DNA of 64,000 nt from positions 47,233-111,232 of the forward strand of contig JAUVZL010000001.1 in the NCBI GenBank assembly GCA_030602565.1, read 5' to 3'. The notes beneath the pieces were generated by a model. It did no database searches. It had not been told where the DNA came from and was given only the letters and a program-made list of their open reading frames with translations. Origin of the DNA: Candidatus Stahliibacteriota bacterium (GTDB lineage Bacteria; Hydrothermota; Tepidihabitantia; SM23-42). This document shows, piece after piece, positions 45,624 to 55,799 of the stretch (position 1 is its first letter; every line of letters begins with the position of its first letter). A program made the translations under genes and the position numbers.

Positions 45624-45928
45624 AAAAAACCAATATCCTCACCAGCTTTGAAAAACTCTGCCGCGATTTAGCGATAGTGGTAAAATACGATAGGTTTTTT
45701 GGTCGCGGCGGCTTTTGCAGACTCAGAGATCAATCCTATTTTATAATCAATGAGCGGCTCTCCAGTGAAGCTAAAGAACAGATATTTGTCAACGAACTAA
45801 AGGCATTCGACTTAGCTTCTACACAGATCCCCCTGCAATTAAAAGACCTGCTCAGCAAGCCGGTAGGGAAAAGGATAAGGGATTCTAATGGGGTTAAACA
45901 TCCTACGGGGTTTACTGTTCATCCCTAA
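45620..45928 (+). CDS. hypothetical protein
   Basis: It is coupled to the J-domain gene by an ATGA overlap. No recognisable motifs. Confidence 0.3.
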   Translation: MKKTNILTSFEKLCRDLAIVVKYDRFFGRGGFCRLRDQSYFIINERLSSEAKEQIFVNELKAFDLASTQIPLQLKDLLSKPVGKRIRDSNGVKHPTGFTVHP

Positions 45929-46838
45929 TCTCTCCAACCAATTCCTCAAGCAAGTCCTCTAAGGTCACAAGCCCAATCGCCATACCCTGGTTACTAAGAA
46001 CAATTGCCATGTGCTCACCTTTTTGTTTCATCGCGGTGAAAATCGTCATACAACGCTCTTTTGCATCGATAAAGAGTGGTTTTCTCAAAACAACTCTATT
46101 TTTGTAGAAGTAGTCTTTTATATTAAAAATGCCAACGATATTGGTTTTTTCACCTTGGTAAACAGGAATCCTTGTATATATCCTTTTGTGTTTTTCAGTA
46201 AGCGATTTCAATTCAGCCCCTTTGCGACACGTGAAGGCGGTATCCAAAGGTATTACTATTTCGCCGATTGTACGTTTGGAGAAATTGAAAAGCCTTGAGG
46301 TGAATTTCCTTGCCTCCTCTTCATATTCGCTCATCGCGTGGATAATATCAGATCTTCGTATCGAATCAGTTTTTACCTCAGTCCTGAAGAGGTGAGCCAG
46401 TCTTTTGGAGATAAAAGCATAAAAACTAACAATGGGATAAATGACGACTTCATTGTAATAAATCAAATTACTAAGGTGGCTCATAACCTTACTTGGATAA
46501 GAAAGGGCTATCGATTTAGGGATGAATAAACCAATCGTTAATGAAAGCAACGAGAGTACGATAGTTGAAAAAACTACTCCATTGTCGCCGAAAAGGTCAA
46601 TGAAGAACTTGGCGAAGAGAGTCGATGCCACCACAATAATGAAGTTATCGCTCACTGAAATTGTCGTGAAAAAACGCTCGGGTCGAGTTATAAAATTGCT
46701 AACCCGCACTGCCCAGAGTTTTTTTTCACGCTTTGCTCTAAGCACATGCATTTTTTCAAGACTAATTAAACCGGTCTCACTCGCCGCGAAGAAACCTTGT
46801 AGCACAACAAGCAATAGTGGTAGTATGAAGTATATCAT
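45912..46838 (-). CDS. DUF21 (CNNM-type) + CBS-pair membrane protein
   Basis: The N-terminal 4-TM DUF21 carries AASETGLISL, followed by CBS domains. It is a paralog of the upstream gene. Confidence 0.75.
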   Translation of the reverse strand: MIYFILPLLLVVLQGFFAASETGLISLEKMHVLRAKREKKLWAVRVSNFITRPERFFTTISVSDNFIIVVASTLFAKFFIDLFGDNGVVFSTIVLSLLSLTIGLFIPKSIALSYPSKVMSHLSNLIYYNEVVIYPIVSFYAFISKRLAHLFRTEVKTDSIRRSDIIHAMSEYEEEARKFTSRLFNFSKRTIGEIVIPLDTAFTCRKGAELKSLTEKHKRIYTRIPVYQGEKTNIVGIFNIKDYFYKNRVVLRKPLFIDAKERCMTIFTAMKQKGEHMAIVLSNQGMAIGLVTLEDLLEELVGEIRDEQ

Positions 46839-48094
46839 TGCCCCACCTTTTCAATAAGGGCCCGTTCTATTATTCGATCTCGCATCTCTTCGATTTCAAT
46901 CTTAAGACCCGGCAGTTTTATGCTCTCCTTTTCATTGGGGATCCTCCCAAAGTGATTTAGGATGAAACCAGATAACCTTTCTCCTTCATCAGCGAACGGT
47001 TCTACTCCGAGCACGCGGGCAAGCTCGCCAATGCTGATATCACCATCAAAAATATATCGATTGACACCAACCTTTTTATAGGGAAAATCAGTGACCTCAT
47101 CATATTCATCGACTATTTCACCAAAGAGAGATTCAAGAATATCCTCAAGCGTTACGATCCCGCTAAAACTACCAAATTCATCAACAATAATACTAATGTG
47201 AATGCCATTTCGCCTGAATTCACTGAGCAGGTTGTCAATCAACTTTGTCTCAGGGACAATATAAGGACCACGCATCAGTTCCTTCACAGTGACTTCTTCG
47301 TTGGTTTTGCTGTTCATATGACTGATAAAAACGTTCTTTGCATACAGGATACCAACAACATCATGGTTTTTGTTGAAAACACAAATTCTCGAGTGCTTTT
47401 CTGAAACCATTGTTTTCCGAACGTCTTGCAAACTGGCATCAACCGCGACCCCCACAACTTTATATCGCGGGGTCATAATATCGCTCACTCGCATCTTACC
47501 AAACTGGAGGATTTGATAACCGAATTTCTCTTCACCTTCATCTAACACGCTGCATTTTTTTGCCTCACTCAACATGATTCTAATCTCTTCATCTGAAATT
47601 GCAGTATGGTCCTCAGGAGGCTGTTTGCTAATAATCGCCTTGGTTAACACCATCATCAAAGATGATATCGGCCGAAAAACGCAGGAAATAATGCTAATTA
47701 TCTTGCTAAATTTGAGTGACAAATATTCCGCATTTGAAAACGCAATTGTCTTAGGAGTGATTTCTCCAAAAATCAAGAGCAAAGATGTCATGATTAAAAA
47801 GTAAACAATGAAAGAGAGTGTGGTATTTATTCGGCTGTTTGCAATTATTTGGATCAGGATGATGGCACCGATTGAGGAAGCAGCGATGTTCACGAGAAGA
47901 TTTGCTAGCAAGATAGCGGCAAGTGTTTTCCCCGATTCCTTTTTCAAGCGATCGAGTGTTTGAGCCCCTTTTCTCTCTTCGTAGATGAGGGTCTTAATAC
48001 GGAAACGCGACAAGGAGAAAATTGCGGTTTCTATACCTGAAAAAAAGGCACTCAAAACCAGAAATATCACTATTAGGACAAAGTATAATAACAT
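46835..48094 (-). CDS. HlyC/CorC family transporter (DUF21 + CBS pair + CorC_HlyC C-terminal domain)
   Basis: FFSGIETAIFSL DUF21 motif. CBS pair. The transporter-associated C-terminal domain is present. Confidence 0.85.
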   Translation of the reverse strand: MLLYFVLIVIFLVLSAFFSGIETAIFSLSRFRIKTLIYEERKGAQTLDRLKKESGKTLAAILLANLLVNIAASSIGAIILIQIIANSRINTTLSFIVYFLIMTSLLLIFGEITPKTIAFSNAEYLSLKFSKIISIISCVFRPISSLMMVLTKAIISKQPPEDHTAISDEEIRIMLSEAKKCSVLDEGEEKFGYQILQFGKMRVSDIMTPRYKVVGVAVDASLQDVRKTMVSEKHSRICVFNKNHDVVGILYAKNVFISHMNSKTNEEVTVKELMRGPYIVPETKLIDNLLSEFRRNGIHISIIVDEFGSFSGIVTLEDILESLFGEIVDEYDEVTDFPYKKVGVNRYIFDGDISIGELARVLGVEPFADEGERLSGFILNHFGRIPNEKESIKLPGLKIEIEEMRDRIIERALIEKVGQ

Positions 48095-48147
48095 GCTAAA
48101 CTGAAATTTGGAATTCAGACAATGTAACCATATACTGTGCTACATAC

Positions 48148-48555
48148 TCAACCGCGCTGTATTCGCTCACCGTCTCTCGTTGCATTCTTAAGATACTGAA
48201 GACATTTGCTTTCCATCGTCTTGGTTTCCGCTTTTGTCTTATGGTCATAACCTACGATATGCAGTAAACCGTGTATAATGTAATAGCATAATTCGTCAGT
48301 GTTGCTGACCCGGTCATATGATATATAGATTTCAGAAACCTCTTCCATACGAAATGAAATCACATTTGTTGGCTTATCTTTTTTAAGGAACTTTCTGTTT
48401 AATTCCTTAAGATAATTATCATTGGTTAGGATTATGTTGAGGTTTTTGAGCTCAGTTTCTTCGGCTACTAACGTCTTCTCAACAAGAACAATAATATTTT
48501 TTCTAACACTCAACGATAAACAACAGGCGACCTGGTTGAAAATATTAACTTGCAA
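48148..48555 (-). CDS. ybeY: rRNA maturation RNase YbeY
   Basis: HGLLHIVGYDH metal-binding motif. Length is 135 aa. Confidence 0.9.
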   Translation of the reverse strand: MQVNIFNQVACCLSLSVRKNIIVLVEKTLVAEETELKNLNIILTNDNYLKELNRKFLKKDKPTNVISFRMEEVSEIYISYDRVSNTDELCYYIIHGLLHIVGYDHKTKAETKTMESKCLQYLKNATRDGERIQRG

Positions 48556-50652
48556 TCAAAATTTTCTTTTTTTTCCGTCTGCCTTTTCGCTGGTCTTTTT
48601 TCTACTCTGATTATATTCTACACGGGGATGGAAAACACCAGTAAGGATTGACAGAAATGCGGTACTCACCTGGACCAGGTCCTGTCGCGTAATTGGACAT
48701 TCATCGAGTTGACCATCGACAAATTTCTTTTCAATATTATCTTTAAGCATTTTTTGCAATTTCGTGACGGTGATGTTTTTCTCACTCCTCGCTGCAGCCT
48801 CAACAGAATCGGCAAGCATGACCACTGCAGATTCCTTGGTTTTTGGCTTAGGACCTGGATACCGAAAAGTATCTTCGTTGATATCTGGAGAAGTATCCAG
48901 TGCTTTTTTATAAAACAATTCAATGGTTGTTGTACCATGGTGTTGTTCGATAATACTGATGAGCTTCTTTGGCAATTTCATTTTCTTCGCCATTTCCACA
49001 CCATCTTTGACATGGGATATGATAACCAGAGTACTCATTTGAGGCTTGAGCGTATCATGCGGATTTTTAACGCCGAGTTGATTCTCAATATAATACTCAG
49101 GTTTCTTCAGCTTACCGATATCATGATAGTACGCGCCGACCCTTGCCAGAATCGGATCCGCCCCAATCACCCGGGCGGCGGCTTCAGCCAGGCTACCGAC
49201 AACAATTGAATGATGATAAGTACCTGGTGCCTCCATAGCCATCTCTTTGAATAATGGCAGATTAAGGTTGCCTTGTTCAAGTAACGTTAGATCAGTACAG
49301 AAATCAAAAAGCTTTTCAAACAAAGGTAATAGAAGAACGAAAAGCACGCTTCCAAAAATGCTGTTTAGGACACCTTCACCAAGATGCAATAAGATGAGTT
49401 TGCCTTTCAATAAATACATATCGGCAAAGAGTATCGCCGCCATGTTGGCGATTGCAATATATATCATCGGTCTGTAAAGAGATAATCTAGAACTGATCGT
49501 TCGTGATGAAAAAGCAGCTACTACCCCACTGACTAACAAAAAAATGAATATCGACAGGGAATTTAGGGTAACACCAAACAAGGAAGCAAAGACCAAAGTT
49601 ATGATAATCGCTATGTAGAAATCAAAATACAGTGCAAACAACAGAATGAAAAAGGAAATTGGTAGGAGATATATTGTATCAATTGCATATGCAGTTTTAC
49701 CAACCAGCAAATAGATGGCTGAAAGTAAAGCAACGAAATAAATATTTTTCCCCTCGAAGAGTTTCACTTTCGCAACTAAACTTATATTTAGTAAAAGAAA
49801 TATTGCGGCAAAGTAAAGCAAATTCCGAAAGAGCATAGTTTTCAGTATTTCCCAGGTGCCAACCGATATATAAGTAGTTTCCAATGCCGCGATTATTTCT
49901 CTTGCTTCCTTGGTGACCCGCTTATGTTTCTCTACAATGATCTCGCCTTTCAGGATCTTCCCTTTTGTCTTGGATACGTTGCCAAAAACCCCATCTATTC
50001 TCTCTTCTGTTTTCTCTACGTTGTAGATAACATTCGGGATAAGCAGAAAACTAACCAACATTCGCTGTTCAGGCTTTTTTCGATAACTGAGTATACTCTC
50101 TGCCTCAGCAATTGAGTATAGCCTTTCTAAGGATTCAACTATCTCTTTATCGCCACTTGCGATCGTGATTATTCTAAACTGAGGGGGTTTTGCATCAACG
50201 ACGCCAGCTGCATATATGTTACCAAGTTCATCAATGAGGTCTTCGTAAGTGTTCCTAAATCGAGTTCTGGTCAGGTATCTTATTACAATACCGTCAAGAG
50301 CATATTCTTTCTGGGTTAAGAAAACCAGGGAATCTTCAGTGAGCGACGAAATATCACGGAGTGAATCAATGAGGTTTACAAGACCGTCCAACTTTTTCAT
50401 GACCATTTTGTATACGGTATTATCCAAATCAAAAACAGGTGGAATTCTTGCAGCAATTCCCTTTTTCTCTTCATATAGTTCCTGCTCGGTTCTGGGCACG
50501 AGAAAATCATAAGGGGCGATTATGTTCGAAGTTGCTATTTCGCCTTCGTTAATGGTATATTTTGTGGGTACTCTCGGCGGTGGGAATATTATATTTAGTA
50601 AGAAGAAAATACCAATGAGTATGAGGTATTTAGGTTGTATCTTTGGCTTCAT
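48556..50652 (-). CDS. 7TM-receptor with intracellular HD hydrolase (PgpH/YqfF-like)
   Basis: A 7TMR-HDED TM block is followed by an HD domain ([11 protein letters not shown]...YHDIGK). This is the conserved phoH-yqfF-ybeY arrangement. Confidence 0.85.
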   Translation of the reverse strand: MKPKIQPKYLILIGIFFLLNIIFPPPRVPTKYTINEGEIATSNIIAPYDFLVPRTEQELYEEKKGIAARIPPVFDLDNTVYKMVMKKLDGLVNLIDSLRDISSLTEDSLVFLTQKEYALDGIVIRYLTRTRFRNTYEDLIDELGNIYAAGVVDAKPPQFRIITIASGDKEIVESLERLYSIAEAESILSYRKKPEQRMLVSFLLIPNVIYNVEKTEERIDGVFGNVSKTKGKILKGEIIVEKHKRVTKEAREIIAALETTYISVGTWEILKTMLFRNLLYFAAIFLLLNISLVAKVKLFEGKNIYFVALLSAIYLLVGKTAYAIDTIYLLPISFFILLFALYFDFYIAIIITLVFASLFGVTLNSLSIFIFLLVSGVVAAFSSRTISSRLSLYRPMIYIAIANMAAILFADMYLLKGKLILLHLGEGVLNSIFGSVLFVLLLPLFEKLFDFCTDLTLLEQGNLNLPLFKEMAMEAPGTYHHSIVVGSLAEAAARVIGADPILARVGAYYHDIGKLKKPEYYIENQLGVKNPHDTLKPQMSTLVIISHVKDGVEMAKKMKLPKKLISIIEQHHGTTTIELFYKKALDTSPDINEDTFRYPGPKPKTKESAVVMLADSVEAAARSEKNITVTKLQKMLKDNIEKKFVDGQLDECPITRQDLVQVSTAFLSILTGVFHPRVEYNQSRKKTSEKADGKKRKF

Positions 50653-51535
50653 AAGCTTTGATTATCTTCTGAACCAGATTATGCCTGGCTACATCTCTTT
50701 CATCCAAATACACAAATCGTATCGGCTGAATGTCTTTCAGAATATGTTGAATTTCAATCAAACCAGAATATATGTTAGATGGTAAATCGACCTGAGTGAT
50801 GTCACCGGTAATAACTACCTTTGACCTCCAGCCCATCCTCGTTAAGAACATCTTCATCTGTATGCTGGTCGTATTCTGTGCTTCATCAAGTATGATAAAT
50901 GAATCGTTGAGTGTTCTACCCCGCATGAAAGCAAGGGGTGCGACTTCGATAGTCTTCATTGTGAGGTATTTCTTGACACGATCATAGGGAAGAAAATCGT
51001 GGAGCGCGTCATAGAGCGGTCTCAGATAAGGGTCAACCTTTTCCTCAAGTGCACCGGGTAAAAACCCCAAGGACTCACCAGCTTCGACTGCTGGTCTCGT
51101 TAGGATTATTCGTTCAACCCTTTTAGACATCAAATACGATACAGCCTTTGCCACACCGAGATAAGTTTTACCCGTACCAGCTGGTCCTATACTGATTACA
51201 ATATCGTAGTCATCGATAGCTTTCAGATACCCTGCCTGTCCAGTGCTTTTTGCCTTAACCAACCGCTTTGGTGTGGTTACGCATGACGGGTCTTTTTCCT
51301 CCGCTTTACTAATCCTCTGGTGCTCGTCCTTTCTTGCCGTGTCCAGATCCCTCAACACTTTCTTCACCGCCTTGGCTGCCTTTTTGATATTTGCTTCATC
51401 GCCCTTTAAGTGAATACACTGATCGCGCATAGATGCAATGATGTTGAATTTGGTCTGGATGTTTTTGAGCAGTTCATCTTGGAAACCAAGAACTTCGGTG
51501 GGAACGTAGTCAGATATGGAGATTGATACTTTCAC
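50630..51535 (-). CDS. PhoH-like ATPase (YbeZ)
   Basis: [10 protein letters not shown] Walker A and the PhoH core. Length is 301 aa. Confidence 0.9.
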   Translation of the reverse strand: MKVSISISDYVPTEVLGFQDELLKNIQTKFNIIASMRDQCIHLKGDEANIKKAAKAVKKVLRDLDTARKDEHQRISKAEEKDPSCVTTPKRLVKAKSTGQAGYLKAIDDYDIVISIGPAGTGKTYLGVAKAVSYLMSKRVERIILTRPAVEAGESLGFLPGALEEKVDPYLRPLYDALHDFLPYDRVKKYLTMKTIEVAPLAFMRGRTLNDSFIILDEAQNTTSIQMKMFLTRMGWRSKVVITGDITQVDLPSNIYSGLIEIQHILKDIQPIRFVYLDERDVARHNLVQKIIKAYEAKDTT

Positions 51536-51574
51536 ATTTAAGGGAGGGGCAGCTAACTGCCCCTCCCATAATTT

Positions 51575-52171
51575 TTAGTCGTGTGGTATCACAAATTCCT
51601 GTCTTGGGTATATCCAATCAGGATCTTTGATTTTGTCTTTGTTTGCCTCATATATTTCAGGCCATCTTCTTGAATTCGAGTAGATTGAATAATATGAAGC
51701 AATTAACGTAAGACAATCGCCAGGTATTACGCTATAGTTCTCTAAATAGGGAATCATTAATACCCAACCCGGATATATAAGGTTTGGATTATTGATTTTA
51801 TCCTTGTTTGCTTCGAATATCATAGGCCATTTTGCGCCTGCATGATACACTTCCCTCATGCCGGCAATCTTGGACAACCAATCTCCCTCCACAACCTTAT
51901 AACGTCCGCACTGGCATATTTCCCAGGTTTCTTTTAATTCATCGAGCTTTGCCGTAAGTCCATCACGGGTTGTTTCTAGACCAGCAACCTCTGATCGCAG
52001 TGCTTCAACATCGGAAACGAGCTCCGATATTTTGGCTTCAGCTTCTGCAATCTGCTGTTGTAGGGCTAATAGCTCGACTTGAGCTTGTTCCTCGGTTAGC
52101 TTATCCTCGGCAAACATGAAGGCAGGAACCAATAAGAAAAGAACCAGACAAGTAGAAGCGATCTTTTTCAT
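51575..52171 (-). CDS. secreted coiled-coil protein with two C-terminal LysM domains
   Basis: The signal peptide reads MKKIASTCLVLFLLVPAFMFA, with AAGGAGG 6 nt before the ATG. An Ala/Glu/Leu-rich heptad region is followed by two YxVxxGDxL...IY..N...I..P..I motifs. Confidence 0.7.
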   Translation of the reverse strand: MKKIASTCLVLFLLVPAFMFAEDKLTEEQAQVELLALQQQIAEAEAKISELVSDVEALRSEVAGLETTRDGLTAKLDELKETWEICQCGRYKVVEGDWLSKIAGMREVYHAGAKWPMIFEANKDKINNPNLIYPGWVLMIPYLENYSVIPGDCLTLIASYYSIYSNSRRWPEIYEANKDKIKDPDWIYPRQEFVIPHD

Positions 52172-52181
52172 TTTATCCTCC

Positions 52182-52439
52182 TTATTTCTTGCAGCGTGTA
52201 TCGATCTTGTTCTGCAACTCATCGATTTGGCTATTGAGGTTAGCAATCTCGCTTTCGAGCGCCATTTTCATCGAGGGCAGTTCATCGAATTCAGCTTCAA
52301 GCTCAGCGATTTTTGATTGTGCAGCTTCCAGGGCGGCTCTAGCTTCCGCAAGTGCATCTAAAGTCTCCTGATTTGCCATTTTTGGACCACAACCAATAAC
52401 GACAATAGTAAGGAGAAGAACCGCAAGTATTTTTTTCAT
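52182..52439 (-). CDS. small coiled-coil lipoprotein, Lpp (Braun lipoprotein)-like architecture
   Basis: A signal peptide plus lipobox VIGC, a ~60-aa heptad coiled coil and a C-terminal ...TRCKK ending in Lys. GGAGGTG lies 6 nt before the ATG. Confidence 0.5.
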   Translation of the reverse strand: MKKILAVLLLTIVVIGCGPKMANQETLDALAEARAALEAAQSKIAELEAEFDELPSMKMALESEIANLNSQIDELQNKIDTRCKK

Positions 52440-52552
52440 AATGCCACCTCCTTATGGGCTTATTTATACTAAATCATATTCATAATTCCTCAAATGTCAA
52501 TAGGGAAATAGAGGTTCTCTTGACATTTCGCCTAATCTGACTATTATTTCCA

Positions 52553-53215
52553 ATGTGTAATTACGCTATTGTTGTTGCTGCTGGAAAGGGTAAGAGATTC
52601 GGGGCTGCCAAGCAATTCCACCTGATCCACGGTATCCCGATGTTTATCCACAGCATCCAGTCTTTTCATCAAAATAGACATATCCACACCATAATCGTTG
52701 TCGTGCCAAAGGGGGAAATAGCAGCTGTGAGACAGCTCATTAAAAGATTCAAACTGGAAAAGGTCAAGAAAATAGTCGCTGGAGGCAAGCGCCGTCAAGA
52801 TTCAGTATTAAAAGGTTTGAACCAACTGAAGCGACAATCTGGTATTGTACTAATCCATGACGGTGTCCGACCGCTGGTTGCTCAATCCTTGATAGATAAG
52901 GGTATAAAACTATGCAAAAGGTACAAGGCTATTATCTTCGGTACGGCGATTGGCGATACTGTAAAAGAAGCAAAAAACCGCCGCGTCGTACGTACCGTAC
53001 CGCGGCACAACCTATTCCTCGTTCAGACCCCTCAGTTCTTTGATATAAAACTCCTAAAAAAAGCCTTCCGGCAGACTATACTATCTGAGGAGTACACGGA
53101 TGAAGCAGCAATACTTGAGGCACAAAGTATCCCCGTATATATCTTCCAGGGTCAACGCAACAATATCAAAGTAACGAGAAAAGAAGATCTCGGACTAATC
53201 GAAAAGCTATTGTGA
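52553..53215 (+). CDS. ispD: 2-C-methyl-D-erythritol 4-phosphate cytidylyltransferase
   Basis: AIVVAAGKGKRFG N-terminal motif. Length is 220 aa. Confidence 0.9.
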   Translation: MCNYAIVVAAGKGKRFGAAKQFHLIHGIPMFIHSIQSFHQNRHIHTIIVVVPKGEIAAVRQLIKRFKLEKVKKIVAGGKRRQDSVLKGLNQLKRQSGIVLIHDGVRPLVAQSLIDKGIKLCKRYKAIIFGTAIGDTVKEAKNRRVVRTVPRHNLFLVQTPQFFDIKLLKKAFRQTILSEEYTDEAAILEAQSIPVYIFQGQRNNIKVTRKEDLGLIEKLL

Positions 53216-54339
53216 AAAAGGTCATCCTGCTTGGCTCAACTGGTTCCATAGGACGTAACGCAATAAAAGTTATTAAAGACCTTCATGATTTCAAAATCGT
53301 CGGGTTAGCCGCCTACACTAATTATCAAATGCTTTCTGAACAAACCAAGTACATAAAACCGCGTAGTGTTACCTTGGTTGATAAGAAACACTATTCAGTA
53401 CTCAAGGGTGAAATAAGTAGAACCAAGGTTTTCTGCGGTGAATCTGGTATCACCGAGATGATTGAGGCTACAGAGGCAGATGTTCTGATTGCCGCGTTTG
53501 CCAGTGCAGTCGGCATCCTCGGTATAAAAAGGGCAATCGAGAAACGTCTGCGTCTCTGTCTTGCGACCAAAGAAATACTGGTTAGTTTCGGCGATGTCAT
53601 CATGCGTGAAGTTCACCGGCATAACATAGATCTCATACCTATTGACAGCGAACATTCGGCAATATATCAATGCCTTGAAGGTAGAAATAGTGATGAAGTC
53701 AAGGCAATAATATTAACTGCCTCAGGCGGACCATTCCTTAAAAAATCGATGAAGGCTGTAACAAAAGCTGACGTGCTGAATCATCCAGTTTGGAAAATGG
53801 GTGCTAAGATTACCGTAGATTCAGCAACGATGATGAACAAAGGGCTCGAAGTTATTGAAGCACACCATCTCTTCAAGATGCCAGCTGAGCGCATCAAGGT
53901 TGTGATACACCCTGAAGCAATATGTCACTCGCTCGTGCAGTTTGTCGATGGCACAATGCTTGCTCAAATGTCCACACCAAACATGCAATTACCTATCCAA
54001 CATTCACTCACATATCCCAAGCGTCGTCCATCAATGGTGCAACACTTGGATATAAGCCAGGTGAAACATTTGAGGTTTATGCCTCCTAACCATAGGAAAT
54101 TTCCATGTCTTACATTTGCCTATGATGCTCTTATTATAGGTAAGAGCATGCCTGCCGTGCTCAACGCCGCAAATGAAGAAACAGTCAAGTTATTTCTCGA
54201 AGATAAGATTGAATTTCACCAAATTCCGCGTATAATTAAGAAAGTCATGAGTGAACATAAACCCCAAAAAGGTTCTATTGAGCACTACATAGAACAGGCA
54301 TCATGGGCTAAGCAAACAGTTAGGAGGATAGCTTGTTAG
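53212..54339 (+). CDS. dxr: 1-deoxy-D-xylulose 5-phosphate reductoisomerase
   Basis: VILLGSTGSIGRNA NADPH-binding motif. Length is 375 aa. Confidence 0.9.
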   Translation: MKKVILLGSTGSIGRNAIKVIKDLHDFKIVGLAAYTNYQMLSEQTKYIKPRSVTLVDKKHYSVLKGEISRTKVFCGESGITEMIEATEADVLIAAFASAVGILGIKRAIEKRLRLCLATKEILVSFGDVIMREVHRHNIDLIPIDSEHSAIYQCLEGRNSDEVKAIILTASGGPFLKKSMKAVTKADVLNHPVWKMGAKITVDSATMMNKGLEVIEAHHLFKMPAERIKVVIHPEAICHSLVQFVDGTMLAQMSTPNMQLPIQHSLTYPKRRPSMVQHLDISQVKHLRFMPPNHRKFPCLTFAYDALIIGKSMPAVLNAANEETVKLFLEDKIEFHQIPRIIKKVMSEHKPQKGSIEHYIEQASWAKQTVRRIAC

Positions 54340-55694
54340 AACTAGCAACTTCAGGCTTTTGGTCTCCAATAGCTGATTTCGTAATATATCTAATATTACC
54401 ATTTATGTTGCTGCTTGCCTTTTGTATAACAATTCATGAGTTTGGCCATTTTTTGTTTGCCAAAATATTTGGCATACCGGTGGAGAAATTCTCAATAGGC
54501 TATGGTCCACCTCTTATAAGAGCGAAGATCGGTGAGACTGATTTTCGAATTGCTTATTTCCCGTTGGGTGGTTACATAAAGATGGCTGGCGAAGATGAAG
54601 GTAAAATTCTAAAACATGATAATGAACCGTTGCCAGAACCAAAAACCAAACTACCTTCAGAAGAAAAGGCTGGTTTCTATGATGCGCCCATATACAAACG
54701 TATTATCGTGGTGGCCGCCGGACCAATGTTCAACATAGTATCTGCAATTATTGTCATGGCATTCACCTTTAGCATACTAGGCATTGCGGTTGATTATTCA
54801 ACAACGATAGAAGTTGAAGAAAACGGCTATGCTGCACAGGTGGGATTTATGAGCGGTGACTCAGTTATATCGGCAAATGACATCCCAATTAATAACTGGG
54901 ACGAATTCATTGAAATCCTGTCAAAAAATATTGGTGATGAAATCACAGTTAGCATAATAAGAGATGGCGAGGAAATTACACGTGCACTGAGAGTTGTCCC
55001 TGACTCGCTCGGGTTGACGAATTTCGTTGAACCACGTGCAGGTGCTGTAAAAAAAGGTGGTCCCGCTCACAAGGCAGGTATGACAGCAGGTGATAGGGTA
55101 CTGACAATAGATGGGTGCGATGTGCAGTCATGGAGCGAGATGGTTAATATTGTAAGAAATTCTAAAAAGCCCGAGCTTCTATTTGAATGGGAACATAATG
55201 GTGAAACTAAAACTGCATACATCGCGCCAGAATCAGACTATGATTTTCGGTTAAATGATACGATTCGGAAAGTTGATATTCTTAAACCTCATAAACGTCA
55301 CTTCATTTCAATCCTTAGAGCATTTAGACTTTCATTTACCCGTACTCATAACTTGATTGGGCTCACGTTGGATATGTTATATCAAATGATTACAGGTAAA
55401 ATATCAAGAAAGGCACTCGGCGGTCCGATTGCGATTGCGAAATTAAGCAGGGAATCTGCTGAGTGGGGATTTGAGTTCCTGCTCGGTCTTCTGGCAGTTA
55501 TTTCCGTAAATCTTGGGCTTGTAAACCTCTTTCCTATCCCGGCACTTGATGGTGGTCACATTCTTATCGGTATAATAGAAGCGGTAAGACGTAAGCGCTT
55601 CAGCAAGAAAACAATACTTATTATGCAACAGATTGGCTATGCGCTCATTCTCCTTCTCATTTTGTTCGTTACATTCAACGATATCACAAGATGA
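54333..55694 (+). CDS. rseP: RIP metalloprotease RseP (M50 with PDZ domain)
   Basis: HEFGHF zinc motif in TM1. A PDZ domain is present. The C-terminus LFPIPALDGGH is typical of RseP. Confidence 0.9.
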   Translation: MLELATSGFWSPIADFVIYLILPFMLLLAFCITIHEFGHFLFAKIFGIPVEKFSIGYGPPLIRAKIGETDFRIAYFPLGGYIKMAGEDEGKILKHDNEPLPEPKTKLPSEEKAGFYDAPIYKRIIVVAAGPMFNIVSAIIVMAFTFSILGIAVDYSTTIEVEENGYAAQVGFMSGDSVISANDIPINNWDEFIEILSKNIGDEITVSIIRDGEEITRALRVVPDSLGLTNFVEPRAGAVKKGGPAHKAGMTAGDRVLTIDGCDVQSWSEMVNIVRNSKKPELLFEWEHNGETKTAYIAPESDYDFRLNDTIRKVDILKPHKRHFISILRAFRLSFTRTHNLIGLTLDMLYQMITGKISRKALGGPIAIAKLSRESAEWGFEFLLGLLAVISVNLGLVNLFPIPALDGGHILIGIIEAVRRKRFSKKTILIMQQIGYALILLLILFVTFNDITR

Positions 55695-55799
55695 TTGACA
55701 TCATCTTTGGATGCAAACAGATTATAGCAGATGCAGACGGATGCTTATATCTGTTTGAATCTGTTTCAATCCGTGTGAATCAAACAAAATTTTAGCAGT

